Shown: positions 42,501-54,500 of the stretch, one piece after another
Numbering within the stretch: position 1 is the stretch's first letter
How the letters are laid out: each line of letters starts with the position of its first letter
Assembly: GCA_964036045.1 (NCBI GenBank)
Contig: OZ038379.1
Location: 18,104,001 to 18,168,000, forward strand
DNA length: 64,000 nt
Reading direction: 5' to 3'
DNA from: Eutreptiella sp. 'Long Island Sound 2002'
Lineage: Eukaryota > Protista > Euglenida
The notes under the pieces: model-generated
Databases searched by the model: none
What the model saw: the letters and a program-made list of their open reading frames with translations, nothing else
Told to the model about the DNA's origin: nothing
Made by a program: the position numbers and the translations under genes

Positions 42501-45500
42501 TTGCTCCCACTCCGCATGCTGTCGGTCCTTGTCGGCCAGCTGCATCCGTACCTCCGAGTACTGGCTTTGTTGTGATTGCAGTGTCCCTTGTAGACTCAAC
42601 AGTTGCTGCCGCAGCATGGCCTCCGTCATCACGCCAGACGCCATCGTCACATCAAAGAAGTCGCTGCTCTCCGACTCCTCAATCTGCAGCCGCTCGCTGA
42701 GTTCACTGTTCCTCACGTCCCACAATTGTCGGTTGCTAACAACGGTCATGGCTGCTGCATCCTCAAACGCAGAGGCAATCAGAATAGCTTGCTGGAAATC
42801 AGATGATGTTGCTGCCAACGCACGCCGCAGGCCAGACACGTTGCCCAACAGCCAGCTGTCAGACGCTGCAATCAGGTCAATCACCTCGCTGTGTTCATCT
42901 TCCATCAGCTGTTGCCGTCCTGCAAGCTCTGTGGATGTCAGGTCACTCAGCAGCTTGGCATATCCAACCAGATCCACCCCATCCTGGATCTGCGCCATCT
43001 CCTGCTGCAGCCTTCGGTTCTCATCAACCGCTTCTGACAGCATCCTGTCCTTCTCAATCAGCATTGATTCGTACGCAACAAATCGTTGCCCCTGCTCCTC
43101 ACATCCCACCTGCATGCGTGCGTTCGACTCAGACATCTCCAGCATCCGCGCCTGCTGCTCTGCTACCTGAGCGCTCGCAGCAACGGCTCGCTCTGTCTGC
43201 TCAGTAACCTGCTGTTGCAACACATCATGCTCCATCTGTTGCTGCTGAACCACCAGCGACAGTGACGCAGCGCTTTCAGCGCCACGCTCCAGCATCACCC
43301 ATTCCATGCCCAAACCATGTCGGTATCGGTACTCCTCAGCGATCAACTCGCCCCGCTGCAACGTCTCCTGCAGCTCCGTTTCAGATGCAGCGTGTTGCAC
43401 TCGCACCCGATCCAGCTCGTCGCGCTGCTCAGCATCGACCACCGCATGGTACTCACCCAGCTCCACACTGCTTCCCCTCTGGATCTCAAGCAAATCCAAA
43501 TACTGCTCTTCGAGGATCCTGCAACGCGCAGTCCCTTCCTCCTCAAGCAGCAACAGCTCCACCACCTGCTGCTCCTTCGCTTGCAGCGACTCCGCAGCTG
43601 CACCCGCATCCTCTGAATGCGCAACCATCACCGCCTGTAGGCCACGGACCGCATCCACATGCTCGGTGTACTCGGCCTCCAGGATTTGCTGTCGCAATGC
43701 ACACTCCTCCGCAGCTAAGTCATTCAGCTCAAGCCTCTCCTCAAGCTCAGCAACTCTCTGCCGCATATGCGCGGTCTCTTGCTCCCACTCCGCATGCTGT
43801 CGGTCCTTGTCGGCCAGCTGCATCCGTACCTCCGAGTACTGGCTTTGTTGTGATTGCAGTGTCCCTTGTAGACTCAACAGTTGCTGCCGCAGCATGGCCT
43901 CCGTCATCACGCCAGACGCCATCGTCACATCAAAGAAGTCGCTGCTCTCCGACTCCTCAATCTGCAGCCGCTCGCTGAGTTCACTGTTCCTCACGTCCCA
44001 CAATTGTCGGTTGCTAACAACGGTCATGGCTGCTGCATCCTCAAACGCAGAGGCAATCAGAATAGCTTGCTGGAAATCAGATGATGTTGCTGCCAACGCA
44101 CGCCGCAGGCCAGACACGTTGCCCAACAGCCAGCTGTCAGACGCTGCAATCAGGTCAATCACCTCGCTGTGTTCATCTTCCATCAGCTGTTGCCGTCCTG
44201 CAAGCTCTGTGGATGTCAGGTCACTCAGCAGCTTGGCATATCCAATCAGATCAACTGCATCCTGGATCTGCGCCATCTCCTGCTGCAGCCTTCGGTTCTC
44301 ATCAACCGCTTCTGACAGCATCCTGTCCTTCTCAATCAGCATTGATTCGTACGCAACAAATCGTTGCCCCTGCTCCTCACATCCCACCTGCATGCGTGCG
44401 TTCGACTCAGACATCTCCAGCATCCGCGCCTGCTGCTCTGCTACCTGAGCGCTCGCAGCAACGGCTCGCTCTGTCTGCTCAGTAACCTGCTGTTGCAACA
44501 CATCATGCTCCATCTGTTGCTGCTGAACCACCAGCGACAGTGACGCAGCGCTTTCAGCGCCACGCTCCAGCATCACCCATTCCATGCCCAAACCATGTCG
44601 GTATCGGTACTCCTCAGCGATCAACTCGCCCCGCTGCAACGTCTCCTGCAGCTCCGTTTCAGATGCAGCGTGTTGCACTCGCACCCGATCCAGCTCGTCG
44701 CGCTGCTCAGCATCGACCACCGCATGGTACTCACCCAGCTCTACACTGCTTCCCCTCTGGATCTCAAGCAAATCCAAATACTGCTCTTCGAGGATCCTGC
44801 AACGCGCAGTCCCTTCCTCCTCAAGCAGCAACAGCTCCACCACCTGCTGCTCCTTCGCTTGCAGCGACTCCGCAGCTGCACCCGCATCCTCTGAATGCGC
44901 AACCATCACCGCCTGTAGGCCACGGACCGCATCCACATGCTCGGTGTACTCGGCCTCCAGGATTTGCTGTCGCAATGCACGCTCCTCCGCAGCTAAGTCA
45001 TTCAGCTCAAGCCTCTCCTCAAGCTCAGCAACTCTCTGCCGCATATGCGCGGTCTCTTGCTCCCACTCCGCATGCTGTCGGTCCTTGTCGGCCAGCTGCA
45101 TCCGTACCTCCGAGTACTGGCTTTGTTGTGATTGCAGTGTCCCTTGTAGACTCAACAGTTGCTGCCGCAGCATGGCCTCCGTCATCACGCCAGACGCCAT
45201 CGTCACATCAAAGAAGTCGCTGCTCTCCGACTCCTCAATCTGCAGCCGCTCGCTGAGTTCACTGTTCCTCACGTCCCACAATTGTCGGTTGCTAACAACG
45301 GTCATGGCTGCTGCATCCTCAAACGCAGAGGCAATCAGAATAGCTTGCTGGAAATCAGATGATGTTGCTGCCAACGCACGCCGCAGGCCAGACACGTTGC
45401 CCAACAGCCAGCTGTCAGACGCTGCAATCAGGTCAATCACCTCGCTGTGTTCATCTTCCATCAGCTGTTGCCGCACCGCAAGCTCTGTGGATGTCAGGTC

Positions 45501-48500
45501 ACTCAGCAGCTTGGCATATCCAACCAGATCCACCCCATCCTGGATCTGCGCCATCTCCTGCTGCAGCCTTCGGTTCTCATCAACCGCTTCTGACAGCATC
45601 CTGTCCTTCTCAATCAGCATTGATTCGTACGCAACAAATCGTTGCCCCTGCTCCTCACATCCCACCTGCATGCGTGCGTTCGACTCAGACATCTCCAGCA
45701 TCCGCGCCTGCTGCTCTGCTACCTGAGCGCTCGCAGCAACGGCTCGCTCTGTCTGCTCAGTAACCTGCTGTTGCAACACATCATGCTCCATCTGTTGCTG
45801 CTGAACCACCAGCGACAGTGACGCAGCGCTTTCAGCGCCACGCTCCAGCATCACCCATTCCATGCCCAAACCATGTCGGTATCGGTACTCCTCAGCGATC
45901 AACTCGCCCCGCTGCAACGTCTCCTGCAGCTCCGTTTCAGATGCAGCGTGTTGCGCTCGCACCCGATCCGGCTCGTCGCGCTGCTCAGCATCGACCACCG
46001 CATGGTACTCACCCAGCTCCACACTGCTTCCCCTCTGGATCTCAAGCAAATCCAAATACTGCTCTTCGAGGATCCTGCAACGCGCAGTCCCTTCCTCCTC
46101 AAGCAGCAACAGCTCCACCACCTGCTGCTCCTTCGCTTGCAGCGACTCCGCAGCTGCACCCGCATCCTCTGAATGCGCAACCATCACCGCCTGTAGGCCA
46201 CGGACCGCATCCACATGCTCGGTGTACTCGGCCTCCAGGATTTGCTGTCGCAATGCACGCTCCTCCGCAGCTAAGTCATTCAGCTCAAGCCTCTCCTCAA
46301 GCTCAGCAACTCTCTGCCGCATATGCGCGGTCTCTTGCTCCCACTCCGCATGCTGTCGGTCCTTGTCGGCCAGCTGCATCCGTACCTCCGAGTACTGGCT
46401 TTGTTGTGATTGCAGTGTCCCTTGTAGACTCAACAGTTGCTGCCGCAGCATGGCCTCCGTCATCACGCCAGACGCCATCGTCACATCAAAGAAGTCGCTG
46501 CTCTCCGACTCCTCAATCTGCAGCCGCTCGCTGAGTTCACTGTTCCTCACGTCCCACAATTGTCGGTTGCTAACAACGGTCATGGCTGCTGCATCCTCAA
46601 ACGCAGAGGCAATCAGAACAGCTTGCTGGAAATCAGATGATGTCGCTGCCAACGCACGCCGCAGGCCAGACACGTTGCCCAACAGCCAGCTGTCAGACGC
46701 TGCAATCAGGTCAATCACCTCGCTGTGTTCATCTTCCATCAGCTGTTGCCGCACCGCAAGCTCTGTGGATGTCAGGTCACTCAGCAGCTTGGCATATCCA
46801 ATCACGTCAACCCCATCCTGAATCTGCGTCTTCTCCTGCTGCAGCCTTCGGTTCTCATCAACCGCTTCTGACAGCATAGTTTCCTTCTCAACCAGCAGTG
46901 ACTCGAACGTACTGCACCGTTGAGCTTGGGCTGCAGTATGCGTCTCGAAGGCCTCAAACTGCAATGACACCCTTGCCTCAGCTTCAGCCCTCTCAAGCAT
47001 CAAGATCTCCTCCTGCTGCGATGCACGAGCAGATGCTGCAGCCGCTTCCTCAGTGAGTTCAACAACGCGCGTTTCTGATGCAGCTGCTGCCGCACTCACT
47101 TCAACAACGCGCTGCTGTACCTCGGCAAATTCCATTTGCGTTTGCTGAAGCTTCACTGACAGCGACGCTACATCTGCCTCACTCGAACTGCTGTCTTCAA
47201 CCGCATGCCCATCCAGTGCAGCTGACTCTGTACCCTGCTGCAGGGCACACGTCACACCCTCGTGATGCCATACGCCCAGCTTCTCCATAATGCTGCAGTA
47301 CTCGTCTTGCACCATCGCCAGTCGGCTTCCAATCTCTGCATATTCCGCATCCATCTTGGTCTTTTCCTCGCCAGCCTGCAGAAGCCGCTGCTCAAGCTCT
47401 TCTAGCTTGAATGCTGCACTCACACGCGCTTCGTCCTTGTCCTGTATTTCCTCCTGCAGTCGAGCTGCACTATCACGTTGGGCATCCACAACCTCCTGCA
47501 GCCTGTTGAACAGAGCTTCTTGATCCTGCAAAGCACGCTGGTAATCAACAAGCTGCTGATCACGCAGCTCCGCCTGCCTCGCATGCTCCGAAACCGCTGC
47601 ACTATGCTGAAGTGTCACCCATTCCATGCCCAAACCATGTCGGCATCGGCACTCCTCAGCGATCAACTCGCCCCGCTGCAACGTCTCCTGCAGCTCCGTT
47701 TCAGATGCAGCGTGTTGCGCTCGCACCCGATCCAGCTCGTTGCGCTGCTCAGCATCGACCACCGCATGGTACTCAACCAGCTCCACACTGCTTCCCCTCT
47801 GGATCTCAAGCAAATCCAAATACTGCTCTTCGAGGATCCTGCAACGCGCAGTCCCTTCCTCCTCAAATAGCAACAGCTCCACCACCTGCTGCTCCTTCGT
47901 TTGCAGGTACTCCGCAGCTGCACCCGCATCCTCAGCCACTGTTCCAGTCGCGTCACGCATTTGAATGGCACCTGTCTTCCAATACTCCCTGTCCGAAAGT
48001 GCCGTTGCCAATTGCTGTTTCAATGTGTCGATCTCAGCCCTGTGATGCACTTTATCACTTTCCAACTGGTCAATGTAACCAAGAAGCATTACCTTCTCGT
48101 CTCCAAGGCGACGAAGAAGTGTTGTGCTCGTACATGATACGTCAACAGCAAAAGCCACATGAGAAACAGACAGCCCGACCCGGTGTTCTAACTCCTGGAT
48201 CTGTAAATGGCAACATGCCGTATTGTTCTGCAGTCCTGCAATCTGTCCCCGCAACCCCGTGTTGACTGCCTGGACATCCCTCAGCTGCGTCTCAACGTCG
48301 ACTGTCATTTGCTGTTGCCCTGCCAGCTGCTGCTGCAGGGCCGCTTGCACTTCAGCAATCTGTCCTCGATCACTGTGCATTGCACGAGTCAAAGCTCTGT
48401 GTATTGTGCTGAAGGCATCCGCAGTACCAGCCCCCTCAGATCCCCATATATTAAGACGGCTGCTCGCCTCAGATTCTTGGAAGCGCATCCAGTGTTCTTG

Positions 48501-51500
48501 AAGTGTCCGGGTCGCTTCAAACGCATGTCCCAGCTCTTCAATCTCCTCCTGATACACTGCAGACCCTGCTTGCATCTGGGCTTGTGCCTCCAGCAGCTGC
48601 ACGTCTGCTCGCACAGCGTGCTGCTGCAAAGCTGAGTGTAGCTGACCAGCAATGCTGATCAACTCTCCTCCCTCTTCCTGGATCACCTGCATCCTTTCCT
48701 GTAGGTTTTGGTGTTCCAGGTCCAGCTGTTGAGCGATGCCCTGCCTCTCCTTTCCCGTTTCTTGTTCTTCTTGCAACTTCTGAATGGTGCTGTCCCTCTC
48801 CTGTAAATCATGCTGCATCTCATTCCACGCCTTCTGCGCTTGCTCCGCCTCTCGTTGCGCATCACGTAAAGCCGTGTTCCGCCCCCCGAGCTCCTGTTGC
48901 AGGTCTGCTAGAGCCCGGTACGAGGCTGCGGCATGCCTTTGATGCTGCGAAAGCATGGTTGCAGCAATGCCAACCCTTGCGTTGGACTCCTGTGCCTGTA
49001 CCCAAGCTCGTCCAGAGATTTCCCCTCCCACAATATCGAACACATTCATAGCTTGCCGCTGCTGCATTTGCGTCGTTGGTGCCGCTGACCCTTCACCCAC
49101 TGGTATTCTTTCCTGTTCAAACACCCGTAACTTCTGCAACATGTCAGTGTTCTCCTCTCGTGCTCGGATCAACTCTACTTCAGTTGCGGCCAGCGTGTCT
49201 CGGAGGCTTTGAAGCGTGTCCTCCAGCCCACGGACTTGCCTGTTCCGCTCTTCAACATCGCCAACCAGTGTCTGGTTTGCATGCTGCAGCTGATCAACCA
49301 GGGCCATATTCCTGATTCCAACCGTTGCCAGTAGGGCTTGGGCTTCAAGCTCTGCCAGGGCCGCCCGGTCCTGACTCTCACTGAGCTGCAGTTGCACGCA
49401 TTGCTGCTCAAACGCCTTGGATGCCTCAACGGCACTTCCAAGCTCCTCAACCTCCATGCAGTACATCGCAGACAGCTCGTTGTACTGCAACGTCACGCCG
49501 CTCAGCATTTGAAGCGAGATGGCAGACAAACGCCTGCTCTCCTCCTCAATGATCTGCATGCGTTCAGTCAGTTCCCTCTGCATTAGCACCCAGTCCATTT
49601 CCTCCCGAGCAGCTGACAAACTGCTTTCCTGCTGCGTCACTATACCTCCTTCCTCTAACCGCCCTCCTGTCGTGGAAACTCGGCTCGTACCCCGTGACCG
49701 GGTGGCCAGATTCAAAGCATCCGGCTGTTCCTGCTGCATGATCCCCATCCTTGCACTGAGCTCCGCATTTCTCAGCATCAGAGACGCCTTATCTTGCTGC
49801 AGTCCTGCAATCTGTCCCCGCAACCCCGTGTTGACTGCCTGGACATCCCTCAGCTGCGTCTCAACGTCGACTGTCATTTGCTGTTGCCCTGCCAGCTGCT
49901 GCTGCAGGGCCGCTTGCACTTCAGCAATCTGTCCTCGATCACTGTGCATTGCACGAGTCAAAGCTCTGTGTATTGTGCTGAAGGCATCCGCAGTACCAGC
50001 CCCCTCAGATCCCCATATATTAAGACGGCTGCTCGCCTCAGATTCTTGGAAGCGCATCCAGTGTTCTTGAAGTGTCCGGGTCGCTTCAAACGCATGTCCC
50101 AGCTCTTCAATCTCCTCCTGATACACTGCAGACCCTGCTTGCATCTGGGCTTGTGCCTCCAGCAGCTGCACGTCTGCTCGCACAGCGTGCTGCTGCAAAG
50201 CTGAGTGTAGCTGACCAGCAATGCTGATCAACTCTCCTCCCTCTTCCTGGATCACCTGCATCCTTTCCTGTAGGTTTTGGTGTTCCAGGTCCAGCTGTTG
50301 AGCGATGCCCTGCCTCTCCTTTCCCGTTTCTTGTTCTTCTTGCAACTTCTGAATGGTGCTGTCCCTCTCCTGTAAATCATGCTGCATCTCATTCCACGCC
50401 TTCTGCGCTTGCTCCGCCTCTCGTTGCGCATCACGTAAAGCCGTGTTCCGCCCCCCGAGCTCCTGTTGCAGGTCTGCTAGAGCCCGGTACGAGGCTGCGG
50501 CATGCCTTTGATGCTGCGAAAGCATGGTTGCAGCAATGCCAACCCTTGCGTTGGACTCCTGTGCCTGTACCCAAGCTCGTCCAGAGATTTCCCCTCCCAC
50601 AATATCGAACACATTCATAGCTTGCCGCTGCTGCATTTGCGTCGATGGTGCCGCTGACCCTTCACCCACTGGTATTCTTTCCTGTTCAAACACCCGTAAC
50701 TTCTGCAACATGTCAGTGTTCTCCTCTCGTGCTCGGATCAACTCTACTTCAGTTGCGGCCAGCGTGTCTCGGAGGCTTTGAAGCGTGTCCTCCAGCCCAC
50801 GGACTTGCCTGTTCCGCTCTTCAACATCGCCAACCAGTGTCTGGTTTGCATGCTGCAGCTGATCAACCAGGGCCATATTCCTGATTCCAACCGTTGCCAG
50901 TAGGGCTTGGGCTTCAAGCTCTGCCAGGGCCGCCCGGTCCTGACTCTCACTGAGCTGCAGTTGCACGCATTGCTGCTCAAACGCCTTGGATGCCTCAACG
51001 GCACTTCCAAGCTCCTCAACCTCCATGCAGTACATCGCAGACAGCTCGTTGTACTGCAACGTCACGCCGCTCAGCATTTGAAGCGAGATGGCAGACAAAC
51101 GCCTGCTCTCCTCCTCAATGATCTGCATGCGTTCAGTCAGTTCCCTCTGCATTAGCACCCAGTCCATTTCCTCCCGAGCAGCTGACAAACTGCTTTCCTG
51201 CTGCGTCACTATACCTCCTTCCTCTAACCGCCCTCCTGTCGTGGAAACTCGGCTCGTACCCCGTGACCGGGTGGCCAGATTCAAAGCATCCGGCTGTTCC
51301 TGCTGCATGATCCCCATCCTTGCACTGAGCTCCGCATTTCTCAGCATCAGAGACGCCTTATCTTGCTGCAGTCCTGCAATCTGTCCCCGCAACCCCGTGT
51401 TGACTGCCTGGACATCCCTCAGCTGCGTCTCAACGTCGACTGTCATTTGCTGTTGCCCTGCCAGCTGCTGCTGCAGGGCCGCTTGCACTTCAGCAATCTG

Positions 51501-54500
51501 TCCTCGATCACTGTGCATTGCACGAGTCAAAGCTCTGTGTATTGTGCTGAAGGCATCCGCAGTACCAGCCCCCTCAGATCCCCATATATTAAGACGGCTG
51601 CTCGCCTCAGATTCTTGGAAGCGCATCCAGTGTTCTTGAAGTGTCCGGGTCGCTTCAAACGCATGTCCCAGCTCTTCAATCTCCTCCTGATACACTGCAG
51701 ACCCTGCTTGCATCTGGGCTTGTGCCTCCAGCAGCTGCACGTCTGCTTGCACAGCGTGCTGCTGCAAAGCTGAGTGTAGCTGACCAGCAATGCTGATCAA
51801 CTCTCCTCCCTCTTCCTGGATCACCTGCATCCTTTCCTGTAGGTTTTGGTGTTCCAGGTCCAGCTGTTGAGCGATGCCCTGCCTCTCCTTTCCCGTTTCT
51901 TGTTCTTCTTGCAACTTCTGAATGGTGCTGTCCCTCTCCTGTAAATCATGCTGCATCTCATTCCACGCCTTCTGCGCTTGCTCCGCCTCTCGTTGCGCAT
52001 CACGTAAAGCCGTGTTCCGCCCCCCGAGCTCCTGTTGCAGGTCTGCTAGAGCCCGGTATGAGGCTGCGGCATGCCTTTGATGCTGCGAAAGCATGGTTGC
52101 AGCAATGCCAACCCTTGCGTTGGACTCCTGTGCCTGTACCCAAGCTCGTCCAGAGATTTCCCCTCCCACAATATCGAACACATTCATAGCTTGCCGCTGC
52201 TGCATTTGCGTCGATGGTGCCGCTGACCCTTCACCCACTGGTATTCTTTCCTGTTCAAACACCCGTAACTTCTGCAACATGTCAGTGTTCTCCTCTCGTG
52301 CTCGGATCAACTCTACTTCAGTTGCGGCCAGCGTGTCTCGGAGGCTTTGAAGCGTGTCCTCCAGCCCACGGACTTGCCTGTTCCGCTCTTCAACATCGCC
52401 AACCAGTGTCTGGTTTGCATGCTGCAGCTGATCAACCAGGGCCATATTCCTGATTCCAACCGTTGCCAGTAGGGCTTGGGCTTCAAGCTCTGCCAGGGCC
52501 GCCCGGTCCTGACTCTCACTGAGCTGCAGTTGCACGCATTGCTGCTCAAACGCCTTGGATGCCTCAACGGCACTTCCAAGCTCCTCAACCTCCATGCAGT
52601 ACATCGCAGACAGCTCGTTGTACTGCAACGTCACGCCGCTCAGCATTTGAAGCGAGATGGCAGACAAACGCCTGCTCTCCTCCTCAATGATCTGCATGCG
52701 TTCAGTCAGTTCCCTCTGCATTAGCACCCAGTCCATTTCCTCCCGAGCAGCTGACAAACTGCTTTCCTGCTGCGTCACTATACCTCCTTCCTCTAACCGC
52801 CCTCCTGTCGTGGAAACTCGGCTCGTACCCCGTGACCGGGTGGCCAGATTCAAAGCATCCGGCTGTTCCTGCTGCATGATCCCCATCCTTGCACTGAGCT
52901 CCGCATTTCTCAGCATCAGAGACGCCTTATCTTGCTGCAGTCCTGCAATCTGTCCCCGCAACCCCGTGTTGACTGCCTGGACATCCCTCAGCTGCGTCTC
53001 AACGTCGACTGTCATTTGCTGTTGCCCTGCCAGCTGCTGCTGCAGGGCCGCTTGCACTTCAGCAATCTGTCCTCGATCACTGTGCATTGCACGAGTCAAA
53101 GCTCTGTGTATTGTGCTGAAGGCATCCGCAGTACCAGCCCCCTCAGATCCCCATATATTAAGACGGTTGCTCGCCTCAGATTCTTGGAAGCGCATCCAGT
53201 GTTCTTGAAGTGTCCGGGTCGCTTCAAACGCATGTCCCAGCTCTTCAATCTCCTCCTGATACACTGCAGACCCTGCTTGCATCTGGGCTTGTGCCTCCAG
53301 CAGCTGCACGTCTGCTCGCACAGCGTGCTGCTGCAAAGCTGAGTGTAGCTGACCAGCAATGCTGATCAACTCTCCTCCCTCTTCCTGGATCACCTGCATC
53401 CTTTCCTGTAGGTTTTGGTGTTCCAGGTCCAGCTGTTGAGCGATGCCCTGCCTCTCCTTTCCCGTTTCTTGTTCTTCTTGCAACTTCTGAATGGTGCTGT
53501 CCCTCTCCTGTAAATCATGCTGCATCTCATTCCACGCCTTCTGCGCTTGCTCCGCCTCTCGTTGCGCATCACGTAAAGCCGTGTTCCGCCCCCCGAGCTC
53601 CTGTTGCACGTCTGCTAGAGCCCGGTACGAGGCTGCGGCATGCCTTTGATGCTGCGAAAGCATGGTTGCAGCAATGCCAACCCTTGCGTTGGACTCCTGT
53701 GCCTGTACCCAAGCTCGTCCAGAGATTTCCCCTCCCACAATATCGAACACATTCATAGCTTGCCGCTGCTGCATTTGCGTCGTTGGTGCCGCTGACCCTT
53801 CACCCACTGGTATTCTTTCCTGTTCAAACACCCGTAACTTCTGCAACATGTCAGTGTTCTCCTCTCGTGCTCGGATCAACTCTACTTCAGTTGCGGCCAG
53901 CGTGTCTCGGAGGCTTTGAAGCGTGTCCTCCAGCCCACGGACTTGCCTGTTCCGCTCTTCAACATCGCCAACCAGTGTCTGGTTTGCATGCTGCAGCTGA
54001 TCAACCAGGGCCATATTCCTGATTCCAACCGTTGCCAGTAGGGCTTGGGCTTCAAGCTCTGCCAGGGCCGCCCGGTCCTGACTCTCACTGAGCTGCAGTT
54101 GCACGCATTGCTGCTCAAACGCCTTGGATGCCTCAACGGCACTTCCAAGCTCCTCAACCTCCATGCAGTACATCGCAGACAGCTCGTTGTACTGCAACGT
54201 CACGCCGCTCAGCATTTGAAGCGAGATGGCAGACAAACGCCTGCTCTCCTCCTCAATGATCTGCATGCGTTCAGTCAGTTCCCTCTGCATTAGCACCCAG
54301 TCCATTTCCTCCCGAGCAGCTGACAAACTGCTTTCCTGCTGCGTCACTATACCTCCTTCCTCTAACCGCCCTCCTGTCGTGGAAACTCGGCTCGTACCCC
54401 GTGACCGGGTGGCCAGATTCAAAGCATCCGGCTGTTCCTGCTGCATGATCCCCATCCTTGCACTGAGCTCCGCATTTCTCAGCATCAGAGACGCCTTATC

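Noticed and set aside
10426-47933. Array B as non-coding satellite DNA or a pure assembly artefact
   Set aside because: The frame is open throughout, all indels are multiples of 3, units carry distinct nested variants, and unique in-frame segments interrupt the array. Exact copy number still needs long-read confirmation.
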